Assembly (NCBI GenBank): GCA_963764625.1
Contig: CAVXTH010000006.1
Location: 224,001-288,000, forward strand
DNA: 64,000 nt
Source of the DNA: Candidatus Krumholzibacteriota bacterium
GTDB lineage: Bacteria; Krumholzibacteriota; Krumholzibacteriia; JAJRXK01
Direction of reading: 5' to 3'
Shown here piece by piece: positions 53,608 through 63,512 of this stretch. The position numbers and the translations under genes are program-made. The stretch's first letter is position 1, and every line of letters starts with the position of its first letter. Under the pieces are notes generated by a model. The model was given only the letters and a program-made list of their open reading frames with translations. It was not told where the DNA came from and made no database searches.

Positions 53608-54675
53608 TTGTCAATCCGACCCGCAAATGAGAGCACGCGGAGGAACACAGGATCGACCGATGCGAAGATCTGGCTGTGGGCCTTTCTGCTCACGCTCTTT
53701 CTGCACGGCCTCTTCCTCTCCCTGGTCGTGGTCCTCAGACCCTTCGATGCCAAGCCGGTGCAGGCCAAGGAACCGGATCCAATCCGGATGGTGTTCCGGC
53801 AGGACGCGGCCCCCGTGACTGCGCCGAGCGAGAGGGATAAGCCGAAGACCTTCAGTGAGCTCCCTCCTGACCGGCAGGACAAGGCTCCCGAGCAGGCGGA
53901 CTTGCTCAGCAACGTAAACAGTCGCGCGCGCGATCAAGTGCCCGATGGAGAAAAGGGAGCTCTCCCGCGGATGACGGGCGAGTCCGAGATTCCCCAGGTG
54001 GCCATGCGCCCCAGTCCGATCGGTAGCGCCACCGCGGCCCCGCAAGAGGCCAATCCGAAGGGTGACTCTCAGGCGAAGTCCGACGAAGATCGACACACGC
54101 CCAGTGTCGGCGGAGAGCAGGAGTTGCCCGCTTCCCTCGATCAACAAAACGGGAAGGACGACCGCGAGGCTTTCCTTCAGGGGAATCCCCAGGGCGAGCT
54201 CGAGCGCAGAAAGACCGCGAGCGATCCCAAGCAGGATCTGCTGCGCAACCAGGGCCGGGCAGTTCCTCAGCTGGTGCGCCCCGACAAGGGGATGCAGGAC
54301 ATCTTTCAGGAGGAGATGCACAACCCCGGGGGCGACACCGCTCTCTTCGGTGACATCAGCCTCAACACGCTCGAATGGCCCTGGGCTCCCTGGCTGCAGC
54401 GCTTTCGACGCGACTTCGTACGGAACTGGGTGGCGCCCTACGCGTACTATCTGGGCCTCATCGACGGCTATACGGTCGTGGAACTCGAGGTTGCCCCCGA
54501 CGGCCGTATGTTGCGCCTGGACGTTCTCGATGAGAAAGGACACGAATCCCTGGGACAGAACAGCGTGGCCGCGTTCAAAGCGACCGCCCCATTCCGGCCG
54601 CTGCCCCCCGGATTCCCTGAACCCACTCTCGTGCTGCGAATCAAGCTCATCTATCCTCCGCTGCGCCGGCCTTAA
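53608..54675 (+). CDS. TonB/TolA-like energy transducer
   Basis: N-terminal TM with conserved His (TLFLHG), Pro-rich linker, C-terminal APFRPLPPGF; precedes exbBD. Confidence 0.75.
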   Translation: MSIRPANESTRRNTGSTDAKIWLWAFLLTLFLHGLFLSLVVVLRPFDAKPVQAKEPDPIRMVFRQDAAPVTAPSERDKPKTFSELPPDRQDKAPEQADLLSNVNSRARDQVPDGEKGALPRMTGESEIPQVAMRPSPIGSATAAPQEANPKGDSQAKSDEDRHTPSVGGEQELPASLDQQNGKDDREAFLQGNPQGELERRKTASDPKQDLLRNQGRAVPQLVRPDKGMQDIFQEEMHNPGGDTALFGDISLNTLEWPWAPWLQRFRRDFVRNWVAPYAYYLGLIDGYTVVELEVAPDGRMLRLDVLDEKGHESLGQNSVAAFKATAPFRPLPPGFPEPTLVLRIKLIYPPLRRP

Positions 54676-54771
54676 GGCCCCGGCTCAGCAGAGGCCGCCT
54701 GCTTGCCAGCGGCTGCCCTTGCCCCTATGGTGGGGGCCGAATCGACTCGAAAACCGCCTGGAGCGCGACAG

Positions 54772-55428
54772 ATGTTGGATAGCCTTCTCAGTGCCGGCCC
54801 CGTGATGATTCCCCTCGCGCTCTGTAGTTTGCTCGCGGGAACGATTGCGGTGGAACGCGTATTCGCGCTTCGACGTTCGCGCGTCCTGCCCAAGGAAATC
54901 GTGGAAGCGGTCGAGTCGGTGCAGGCGGGGAAGGACCTTTCGGTCGCCATCGAGATCTGCCGGCGCAACCCCGGAGTGTTCAGCCACATCATGCGCGAAG
55001 GCCTGGAAAGGGCCAACGAACCCTGGCAGGAGATGCGTGACGCGGTCATCGACACCGGCCGCCAGGAGACTCCGCAGCTGGAGCGCAATATGGTGTGGTT
55101 GGAGACCATCGCCCAGGCCGCGCCCCTGTTGGGTCTTTTGGGGACCGTATTGGGGATGATCAAGGTGTTCGCTGCAATCTCGATCGCCGGTCTGGGTGAC
55201 CCCTCGGCGCTGAGCGAGGGAATCAGCGAGGCGATGATCACCACCGCGGTGGGACTGGCCATCGGGATTCCCACCCTGATCGCGCACAACCTGGTGGCTT
55301 CCCGCGCCACGAATCTCATCACCGAAATCGAAGCGTACGCGTCTCGCCTCGTCACCCGCTTGCGTCGCGGAGATGCCAGCGTCTCCGAGCTGCAGCCGGT
55401 CGAGTTCCATCGGGGGGTCGAAGCTTGA
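54772..55428 (+). CDS. exbB: MotA/TolQ/ExbB proton channel protein
   Basis: APLLGLLGTVLGMI and GISEAMITTAVGL. Confidence 0.85.
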   Translation: MLDSLLSAGPVMIPLALCSLLAGTIAVERVFALRRSRVLPKEIVEAVESVQAGKDLSVAIEICRRNPGVFSHIMREGLERANEPWQEMRDAVIDTGRQETPQLERNMVWLETIAQAAPLLGLLGTVLGMIKVFAAISIAGLGDPSALSEGISEAMITTAVGLAIGIPTLIAHNLVASRATNLITEIEAYASRLVTRLRRGDASVSELQPVEFHRGVEA

Positions 55429-55868
55429 GCGAGATGGTCTTCCGCGAGCGCAAGAAGCGGTCGAATGTCACTCTGAACGTGACCTCGCTCGTCGACGTGC
55501 TCTTCCTGCTCTTGATCTTCTTCATGGTCACCGGCACCTTCAAGCGCGCGGGTGAGATGCAATTGGATCTTCCCGAGTCCTCGACCTCATCGCCGCGGTC
55601 CGAGGGCGCGCACAGCTATCAGAGCAAGCTCGTTCTCCACGAGGACGGCACGGTCATTCTGAACGACGAGTCGGTGGAGCTGTCCCAGCTGGCCGCGAAG
55701 CTCAAGAAGCTGGCGGGGCAAGACGCCAGCGCCACGATCCTTCTGGAAGCCGAGGCGGGGGCGCGCTACGGGGACGCGATTCACCTCATGGACTTGGTGC
55801 GCGAGGCGGGCTTCGGTGGGGTCTCCGTGGGGACGCAGCTGAAGACCTTCCGGGACGAGAAACCATGA
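55425..55868 (+). CDS. exbD: ExbD/TolR protein
   Basis: NVTSLVDVLFLLLIFFMV. Confidence 0.85.
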   Translation: MSEMVFRERKKRSNVTLNVTSLVDVLFLLLIFFMVTGTFKRAGEMQLDLPESSTSSPRSEGAHSYQSKLVLHEDGTVILNDESVELSQLAAKLKKLAGQDASATILLEAEAGARYGDAIHLMDLVREAGFGGVSVGTQLKTFRDEKP

Positions 55869-57308
55869 AGAATATTTTTCGCCGGTCCCGCGGCGGACAG
55901 GGCGTGCTGCTCGCTTCCTTTCTGGTGGCTATGCTAGCCTTCGGGTGCAGCAGCAACGAGTTCGGTCCCACCGGCTCGGATCTGCCTGCCGACGTGAGTC
56001 AGGACAGCCTGGCCATCCCGCTACAGATCAACGGCACGATGCAGGAGCAGCGCTTCGACATGCCCTTGCTCGATCCTCCGCAGGGAGCTCCCATCAACCA
56101 GCGTGAGTTCCTTTACTTCGGAACGCGGCCGAACGCGGGGTTGAAGGCCACGCCTTTCATCCAGTACGACTTTTCAGACATCCGACAGAGCGCTCTCGAC
56201 TCGTTGCAGGCGGATCCCGATCTCATCACCTCGATTCCCGTCACCCTCCGCGTCGGCAAGTACGATCAGGACCAGGCGATCCACGTGGGAATCTATGAGC
56301 TCTCGGCCCCGCTCGATTCCACCATGGTCAAGAATCCCATCGCCGATCATCTGGGGGATGAACTGGGCGAGTACACGGTCCTGGGAGGTGGAGGCACTCG
56401 GGTGATCGACCTTCTCGAAGGTCAAGACGCGGCCAACGCTTTGGCTTTGAAACAGAAAGTCGTCGGCTGGATGCTTGCTGGGGAGCACAACGGTTTCGCC
56501 TTCGTCGATCTGGACGGCGACACGCCGCTCGTCGCCATGACCAGCCGGGACTTCAATTTAGGGGCCCACGAATTCCTGCTCTGGGACGCGCGTCCCAATC
56601 GACGTGACCCTCGTCGTGTATCCCATTTTCACCGTCAACTACTGCGCCGGGTGTGACTGATGGACAGGACTATGGCTTCATCTTCAATTCGAAGCGGGAC
56701 CTGACCGTATTCGAGCGCTCGCAGCCGGTAAGCACCTTGGTGCTCGCCAGCCATCTTACGCGCCGGGTGTTGCTCAACTTCGATCTCTCCACCATTCCGC
56801 GCGCCGCGACCATCAACAGCGCGGAGTTGGTGCTGCACATCGACAAGGATCACGTAGTCGCCGGCGGTCTGCCCGGTCAGGAACCACCCCGATCCCGGAC
56901 TCGCCGAGCGCCGAGCAATCAACGCGCGCCACCGGTGATCGTACCTTCGACAACAGCACCCTCACTCCCATCGACTAGAGCGTATTGGTCTACGAAGCCA
57001 GCGGCAAAGGGAGGACTCGACCACCGCGGGGCTGCCCCAGGTGCTCGGCGCTCTGACCACGCTCCGGCCCGACGTGATCCTGAGCGGGACCCGAAGCCAC
57101 CGACGAAGATCTACGTATCAACATCGCCGATTACGCACAGCGTCTGGTGAATGGAATCTTCGGGAGCAGTCCACCCGGCCTCTTGTTGGCCTTCGCGAGT
57201 GAACAGTTGCAGTACTTCGAGGTTCCTCTCTTCGACAGCACCGCGAGTGATTCCCTGCGGCCGCGCATCGAGATTCGCTTCACCCCGCCCGCGGACTTCG
57301 GAAATTGA
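55865..57308 (+). CDS. Hypothetical lipoprotein, several frameshifts after about 56590
   Basis: LAFGC lipobox; later fragments (IPRAATINSAELVLH; DSLRPRIEIRFTPP) lie in other frames. Confidence 0.6.
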
Positions 57309-57319
57309 GGGTGGGGAAG

Positions 57320-58552
57320 ATGTTCACACGCGCTCACTGCCTGACGGCCGGGACACGGCACTCGTTCGCGACCGCGCTGACCATCATGGTCTGTCTGATG
57401 GTGGCACTTCTGTTCAGGGCCGAGTCCGCGCGCGCCGATTCCATCTTCAACCAGTCGTATTTCGGTGGGGTCTCTTCCATGACGGACGCGCGTGGAGAAG
57501 GACGGGGAGGGGCCAACTTCGGCTACACGGACTCTCTCAACGCCAACGTGGGGATCCCCACCCAGCTTCTGGACCTGCGGCGGGTGACCTTTTCGCTGAC
57601 CACGAACTGGGGCAGCACTAATTCCAAGGATGAGTACGGTTCGGTCAAGCGCTTCGACATCGCCAATCCCACCCTGCGGGTGGGGATGCCGCTGGGGCCG
57701 AACCTGGCCTTCGGTACCGGATTCGTCGCCCGGCGCAGCGCGCAGTGGACAATCGTGCGCGACGCGGCCGCCAGCCCAGATCCGAATGCGCCCGCGCAGG
57801 AGACCCTCGAACGCGAGGGCACGCTCTTCGACTTCCCCTTCGAATTGGGCGCCCAGCTCCATCGCAACCTGCGGGCCGGCGTGGGCCTGCTTCTGGTGCG
57901 AGGGACTCTCCGGCAGCGCTATTCGGCTGTCGTGCCCGGGGCGGGAGCCGATCCGGCTGACGTGCGCGAGGACGTTTTCTCGGGAGAAGCAGCCAAATTC
58001 GCCCTCGGGTTGTATGATGTAGGACCAGTGACGGTAACGGGATTCTACGTCCCGCAGTACGGCGCGAACGTGAACATTCAGGTGAGCGGCGTCTCCAAGG
58101 ACTCACGCCGCGAGGACCACCGAGTGGACACACTGCCGGCGCGGATTGGAGTGGGAACGCGCATCGATTTGCCCGGACGACTGAGTTGGGGTGGCGATTA
58201 CCGTAGGGAGTACTGGTCGAAGTACGAGGGTCGCCAGATCTACGATGGGCAACTGCAGGATGAGTGGTCGATCCACACCGGCCTCGAACTGGAGGAGCGG
58301 GGGTTGGGAAGACGCCGGAAGGCGCCGTGGCGCGTGGGATACTGGTACCGTAGCTGGAACTACTCCCTCATGGGAGAGCGAGTGAGCGAGTGGGCCACCA
58401 GTGTGGGAACCAGCCTCCGTTTGCTCGGGCCTTACAGTCGGGCGGACGTGGCGCTGCAATACGGCCGGATCGGTTCGATGGATCGCAATGGGGCGTCCGA
58501 GAGTTTCTTCCGTCTGGTGGTTTCGATCACCGGGGGAGAGAAGTGGTACTGA
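57320..58552 (+). CDS. FadL/OmpP1-like outer-membrane beta-barrel
   Basis: Signal peptide, N-terminal hatch-like ARGEGRGG, amphipathic strands, GEKWY end. Confidence 0.7.
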   Translation: MFTRAHCLTAGTRHSFATALTIMVCLMVALLFRAESARADSIFNQSYFGGVSSMTDARGEGRGGANFGYTDSLNANVGIPTQLLDLRRVTFSLTTNWGSTNSKDEYGSVKRFDIANPTLRVGMPLGPNLAFGTGFVARRSAQWTIVRDAAASPDPNAPAQETLEREGTLFDFPFELGAQLHRNLRAGVGLLLVRGTLRQRYSAVVPGAGADPADVREDVFSGEAAKFALGLYDVGPVTVTGFYVPQYGANVNIQVSGVSKDSRREDHRVDTLPARIGVGTRIDLPGRLSWGGDYRREYWSKYEGRQIYDGQLQDEWSIHTGLELEERGLGRRRKAPWRVGYWYRSWNYSLMGERVSEWATSVGTSLRLLGPYSRADVALQYGRIGSMDRNGASESFFRLVVSITGGEKWY

Positions 58553-58598
58553 GCAGAAGTCTCGCCGGCTCTTGCCGCGTGAATTCAGGGAGCGAATC

Positions 58599-59297
58599 AT
58601 GAAGCTGAATCGATTGCTTTACGGCTTTTTCATCCTGGCGCTTGCAGCCATCCCCGCGAGTGCCTCGACCAAGGGTGTCGAGCACGAATTGTCCAAGGAG
58701 ATGCAGAAGAAGGTCGACAGCCTGCCTGACAATCTCACGCGCATCGACTACTTGAAGGAGCAGGCACAAGCTCATCCCAAAGATCCGGGAATTCACTTCT
58801 CGCTGGGCAACCTGCTCCTGGACGAAAGCAAGAGCGACGAGGCCATCGAGGAGTACAAGAAGGCCACGGCCCTGGACGATTCGTTCCTGGGCGCCTGGGT
58901 CAACCTAGGCAATGCCTACGACGATTTGGACAAACTCGATCTGGCCCAGCAAACCTATTTGAAGGCGCTCAATCTGGATCCCACCGACGAAAAAACTCTG
59001 TGCAATCTGGGCGGAGTGTATTTCAAGAAGCGGCAGATCAACTCGGCTCTCGAGTGCTTCAAAAAGTCGCTAAAAAGTCATCCCGATTCGCAACTCACCC
59101 GCTACAACCTGGCGATTCTCTTCGCGGACTCGGAGATCTATCGTGAGGCCAAGCGGGAGTGGGAGAAGGCGGTCGCACTGGATCCCCAGAGCGATCTGGG
59201 AAAGCGCAGCGCGGAAAACATCAAGATCATCGACGATCTCATGAAGTCCGGTACGCCCGATCTTCCCAAGGCAGGGGAGAGCAAAGCCTCCAAGTAA
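58599..59297 (+). CDS. Secreted TPR-repeat protein
   Basis: Signal peptide and about four TPR units (AWVNLGNAY, LCNLGGVY, YNLAILF). Confidence 0.88.
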   Translation: MKLNRLLYGFFILALAAIPASASTKGVEHELSKEMQKKVDSLPDNLTRIDYLKEQAQAHPKDPGIHFSLGNLLLDESKSDEAIEEYKKATALDDSFLGAWVNLGNAYDDLDKLDLAQQTYLKALNLDPTDEKTLCNLGGVYFKKRQINSALECFKKSLKSHPDSQLTRYNLAILFADSEIYREAKREWEKAVALDPQSDLGKRSAENIKIIDDLMKSGTPDLPKAGESKASK

Positions 59298-59336
59298 TTT
59301 CCTTGGGAAGCTGAGAACCGCCCCTCGAGGAGAGCG

Positions 59337-60443
59337 ATGTGGAAGGAAGTGAAACTCCCCGCTCCCGGGTCCCGCGTGGTGGTGGGACTTTCCGGCGGTG
59401 TCGACAGCGCGGTAGCGGCGCTGCGTCTCCAAGAACACGGCTGCGAAGTCCTGGGCGTTACCACCCGTAATTTCTGCGAAGACGATCTCCCGGGCGGAGC
59501 TGCCAGCACGGAACGCTCCTGCTGCTCAAAGGAAGCCGTCGCGGCCGCTCGCGAACTGGCGTCCGACTTGGGGGTGAGCCACCACGTCCTCGATCTGGCC
59601 GAGCCCTTCTCCAAGAATGTCATCGACGACTTCGTCGCGGAATACCAGTCGGGACAGACTCCGAATCCCTGCGTACGGTGCAATCGTTTCGTGCGCTATC
59701 CCTTCCTGTTGGATTTCGCCCGGACCATGGGAGCCGACTTGGTGGCGACCGGCCATTACGCGCGCCTCGTCGAGCATCCGGAGAGCGGTCGTCATGTCGC
59801 GCGCGCGGCGGACGAGGCCAAGGACCAATCCTACTATCTGCACGGTCTCTCGCCGGCCATCCTGAAGTTCTGCGCCTTTCCGTTGGGAGGGCTGCACAAG
59901 AGCGAAGTGCGGGAGCAAGCGCGGCGGCGCGGCTTGCCCGCGGCCGAAACTCCGGAGAGCCAGGAGATCTGTTTCGTTCCCGGAGGAGATCGCTCCGCCC
60001 TGGTTGCGGGGGGAATGGGTTCCGGCGAGATCGTCGATCGAGCCGGAAGGGTGCTGGGGCAGCACCGCGGACTCGCGCACTACACGGTGGGACAACGACG
60101 CGGACTGGGGCTTTCCGCCAATGGGACCCACTACGTGGTGGAACTGCGCGCGCAGGAGAACCGGGTTGTGGTGGGGATGGAGGAAGATCTGCTGCGCGAC
60201 TCATTGCTCTGCGATCAGGCGTGGCTGCGCGACCCTGCAGGGGGAGCGCCCGGGCTCGTTGCGCGTACCCGCTCGCGTCACCGCGGTCATCCGGTTGGCC
60301 GTCTCGCGTTCGAGCAGGGACGGCTAGAGGTCCAGCTTCAAGAAGTCGACCGGGCTCCGGCACCCGGGCAGTCACTCGTACTCTACCGTGATGGAGTCGT
60401 CGTGGGCGGCGGACGCATCAAGGAGTCGCAATGCGCAAGTTGA
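59337..60443 (+). CDS. mnmA: tRNA 2-thiouridylase
   Basis: SGGVDS, TPNPCVRCN, ATGHYA, KDQSY, ESQEICF, YTVGQRRGL, PGQ. Confidence 0.96.
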   Translation: MWKEVKLPAPGSRVVVGLSGGVDSAVAALRLQEHGCEVLGVTTRNFCEDDLPGGAASTERSCCSKEAVAAARELASDLGVSHHVLDLAEPFSKNVIDDFVAEYQSGQTPNPCVRCNRFVRYPFLLDFARTMGADLVATGHYARLVEHPESGRHVARAADEAKDQSYYLHGLSPAILKFCAFPLGGLHKSEVREQARRRGLPAAETPESQEICFVPGGDRSALVAGGMGSGEIVDRAGRVLGQHRGLAHYTVGQRRGLGLSANGTHYVVELRAQENRVVVGMEEDLLRDSLLCDQAWLRDPAGGAPGLVARTRSRHRGHPVGRLAFEQGRLEVQLQEVDRAPAPGQSLVLYRDGVVVGGGRIKESQCAS

Positions 60444-62941
60444 TTCGAGTGCTCATCGGACTCGCGGTCGTTTTCGTTCTGGTGGTGGTTGCGGTCCGTC
60501 TCTTTCTTCCCGCCGACAAGATCCAGGACTTTCTTTTCCACGAGCTGGAATCTCGCACCGGATTGCACGCACAGGCAGAGAAGGCCTCGATTCAATTCCC
60601 TTGGCCCGTGGGCTTACGGTTGGAGGGGCTCAAAGTCACCGCTCCCGGCGGTACCAAGGGCGGCATCCCCCGTCTGAATTGCGAGGTGGAAAGTGCTCTG
60701 GCGCGAGCGGAATTCTTCTCGCTGCTGCGGCGCAAACCGCAGGTACAGGAGATTCGACTCGAGCGTCCGCGGCTGGAGATTTGGATGCCACAGGCTCACG
60801 AGTCCACGGCGGCGCCTGGCGCGGCCGTGGGGAGTGGCAAGAAGTCGCCCCCGCAGTCAATGGTCTCGGCCCTCGCTCTGGGTCTGCTCAGCATCGACGA
60901 CGGGAAACTCATCCTGCATCAGGCCGACGCTTCGACGGTGACAGTCGAGGGATTGAATCAGAGCGCGCACTTTCAACTCGATGCGACAGGGCACTTCGCC
61001 GGCCGACTCGATTCGAAGATCGATTCCCTGCTCCTGGAAGGCGGGGGACGGGCGCGCCCGCAGCGTCTCGAGCAGCTTCAGGCTGAGATCGAAGTGGCGG
61101 GCACCAGCGCTCCGCTTCTGGTGCGCGCGCAGATCGCGCGCCTTTCCGCGAGTGGATTGAGTGTGAAGGGTCCGTTCGAATACCGGGAAGGTCCGTCGAG
61201 ACCCTCGGTCGACACCGAGCTGCAATGGGAGCTCGACCCCGACGAGCTACGGACGCGCCTGAAAGCCTCCGCACCGGCGAAGCTCGGCGAGTGGGATCTG
61301 CAAGTGAAGAGCGTGTCGGGAACGCTGCAGGCGAAGGGAGAGTTACCGGCTCCTTCCGCCGAACCCTCCGCCTGGCTCGCCTTGGTGCGGACCGAAGGAC
61401 ACGCCGACGGAGTGTCGCTCAGCGCTCTGGGCAAGGAGAACCTCGCAAGCGGTGCGATGAACTTCGTGCAGCACGGCGATCAGATCACGGTCGATCTCCT
61501 GAAGATCCAGCTTTCCGGCGCCTCCCTCAGCGGCCGGATCTCGGTTCCCGCGCTGGGGAAGGGCCAGGCGAAGGGAACGCTTAGGATCGAGCGAGCCCAG
61601 CTCGGCGAGTTGGAGAGTCTTTTGACGTCGGTCTGGAGCGAATTGCCCGACAGTCTGGTGGCCTCCGCTTCGCCGCCCGCCCAGTGGCCCCAGCTCCGCG
61701 GAAATCTCACCGGCACGCTCGAGGTGAATCTGCCTCTCCCCCAGCCGCCGAAGCTGCCGGCGACCGCGGTTAAGGGAGAGTTCGCGCTAGGACGCATTGC
61801 CATCGCTGCCCAGTCCCTGCAGGACAGTTTAATCCTTCGAGGCGGTACGATCTCCGCCACCACCCAGAGCGCCGAGCTCAAACACATCGCGGTGTCCAGC
61901 GATGGGCTCGAAGGCACGGTCGATGGCACGCTCGACGGTTGGCCGCAGCGGTACCGCTTTCGGGGAAACGCAAATCTCGCTCTCGTCGATCTCGATCGAC
62001 TCGTGAAGCAGAGCAACCAGAATCATGCCCAGGCGAGTGGCCGATGGTGGAAAGTGAGCGCGGCGCGAGCGCAGGAGAAGAAGGAGGAGTTTCCCGCGCC
62101 GCCGCAAAATCTCGAACTCCAGATGCAGCTTGCGTCGAACCACTTTCGCAGCCGTGGCTACGAGGTGGAGAATCTGCGCGGCCAACTCGATCTGCGTGCG
62201 CGCTTGATGAAACTGAGCGAGCTGAAGGGAAGCATGGGAGGGGGGCAACTGACCGGCGACGGAAGCGTGGACTGGAACAAGAAGCCATCGAGCTGGAAAG
62301 GCCACCTCGAGGCGCAGCAGGTAACCGCGTCTTCACTTCTCGCACCCTTCGCGCCCAAACTCGCCGAGGCCTTCCAAAGCTCGTTTTCCGGCATGATGAC
62401 TCTCAGCGGACCATTGAGCGACGACCGTAAGGCCATTCTCGCCGCTCTTAGTGGCGGCGGCGTACTCAAAGGCGGCGCCGGCGAATTCTTGACGAGTTCC
62501 ATCTTGGGGGAGGAGCTCGCCAAATTACCCGGAAAGGCGGCCGAGAAGCTTCGTGACCTTCCCTTCAAAGAGTTCTTGGCCCAAATACGGATCGAAGCGG
62601 GCAAGGCCCATTTCGATCAGGCGATTCTCAAGGGGCCCACGCAACTGAAGGCCGACGGATGGGCCGGATTCGACGGAACCGTCGACTACAAGTTGGAGTT
62701 GAAGCTTCCGCCGGGGGAGAGTTTGGATCTGGGCTCGCTCACTCCCCTCACCGAATTCTTGCGGGAGGCGGACGGGCGGATCACCGTTCCCATCCACGTG
62801 AGCGGTAGCGGCTCCAAGCCGCAGGTGTCTCTCGAACTGGGGGTGGCGGAGAAGCGCGCGAAGGACGCGGTGAATCAGAACCTGGGCAACAAGCTGCAGG
62901 ATCTGCTGAAGGGTCTGGGAAAGAAGAAGGGTGGAGGGTGA
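60431..62941 (+). CDS. AsmA-family protein
   Basis: N-terminal membrane anchor, long beta-rich body, AsmA-like C-terminus (GWAGFDGTVDY, VPIHVSG). Confidence 0.8.
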   Translation: MRKLIRVLIGLAVVFVLVVVAVRLFLPADKIQDFLFHELESRTGLHAQAEKASIQFPWPVGLRLEGLKVTAPGGTKGGIPRLNCEVESALARAEFFSLLRRKPQVQEIRLERPRLEIWMPQAHESTAAPGAAVGSGKKSPPQSMVSALALGLLSIDDGKLILHQADASTVTVEGLNQSAHFQLDATGHFAGRLDSKIDSLLLEGGGRARPQRLEQLQAEIEVAGTSAPLLVRAQIARLSASGLSVKGPFEYREGPSRPSVDTELQWELDPDELRTRLKASAPAKLGEWDLQVKSVSGTLQAKGELPAPSAEPSAWLALVRTEGHADGVSLSALGKENLASGAMNFVQHGDQITVDLLKIQLSGASLSGRISVPALGKGQAKGTLRIERAQLGELESLLTSVWSELPDSLVASASPPAQWPQLRGNLTGTLEVNLPLPQPPKLPATAVKGEFALGRIAIAAQSLQDSLILRGGTISATTQSAELKHIAVSSDGLEGTVDGTLDGWPQRYRFRGNANLALVDLDRLVKQSNQNHAQASGRWWKVSAARAQEKKEEFPAPPQNLELQMQLASNHFRSRGYEVENLRGQLDLRARLMKLSELKGSMGGGQLTGDGSVDWNKKPSSWKGHLEAQQVTASSLLAPFAPKLAEAFQSSFSGMMTLSGPLSDDRKAILAALSGGGVLKGGAGEFLTSSILGEELAKLPGKAAEKLRDLPFKEFLAQIRIEAGKAHFDQAILKGPTQLKADGWAGFDGTVDYKLELKLPPGESLDLGSLTPLTEFLREADGRITVPIHVSGSGSKPQVSLELGVAEKRAKDAVNQNLGNKLQDLLKGLGKKKGGG

Positions 62942-62956
62942 GGTCCCCCCGTTATC

Positions 62957-62985
62957 TTGACACCCCTGGGGGGCGGTGCTAGATT
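62957..62985 (+). promoter_or_regulatory. Sigma70 promoter of the tRNA operon
   Basis: TTGACA-N17-TAGATT with extended TG. Confidence 0.7.
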
Positions 62986-63097
62986 ACTCCTCCGCTGCCG
63001 ACACAGCCCTTTGTTGCCGTGCAAGTATGCGATTTCAAACGGCTTACGGTGCTCTTTGGGCCGAGACCAAAGGCGCGGAGACGCCGTTTCGGTTTGA

Positions 63098-63184
63098 GGA
63101 GGGCTAGACCTAACTGGTAAGGCAGCGGTCTTGAAAACCGCCGGGCTTTTGCCCTTGGGGGTTCGAGTCCCCCGCCCTCCGCCA
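63098..63184 (+). tRNA. tRNA-Ser(TGA)
   Basis: GGAGGGC/GCCCTCC stem, GCGGT-CTTGAAA-ACCGC arm, long variable arm, GCCA end. Confidence 0.92.
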
Positions 63185-63245
63185 TCTGGCGACCTGGCGC
63201 GACTGGAGCGCGCCTCGGCCAAGGAGGCCAACGAAGGAGATTACG

Positions 63246-63333
<88 letters not shown>

Positions 63334-63358
63334 GATCGGGGGCTTTTCCCGAAAGACT

Positions 63359-63435
63359 GCGCCCATAGCTCAACTGGACAGAGCGTTTGGCTACGGACCA
63401 GAAGGTTGGGGGTTCGAGTCCTCCTGGGCGCACCA
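63359..63435 (+). tRNA. tRNA-Arg(ACG)
   Basis: GCGCCCA/TGGGCGC stem, CTACGGA loop, ACCA end. Confidence 0.95.
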
Positions 63436-63442
63436 TCGAGGA

Positions 63443-63476
63443 GGAAGGGCCGGAAGCTGAAGACTCCGGCCCTTCC
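63443..63476 (+). terminator. Hairpin after the tRNA operon
   Basis: Perfect 12-bp stem ggaagggccgga/tccggcccttcc; weak U tract. Confidence 0.5.
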
Positions 63477-63512
63477 ACTACTCCCTTATGACTTCATCGA
63501 AAGGTAGTCCTC

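Noticed and set aside
63098-63184. Selenocysteine or suppressor tRNA
   Set aside because: The anticodon is TGA (reads UCA, Ser), not TCA, and the 7-bp acceptor stem is standard
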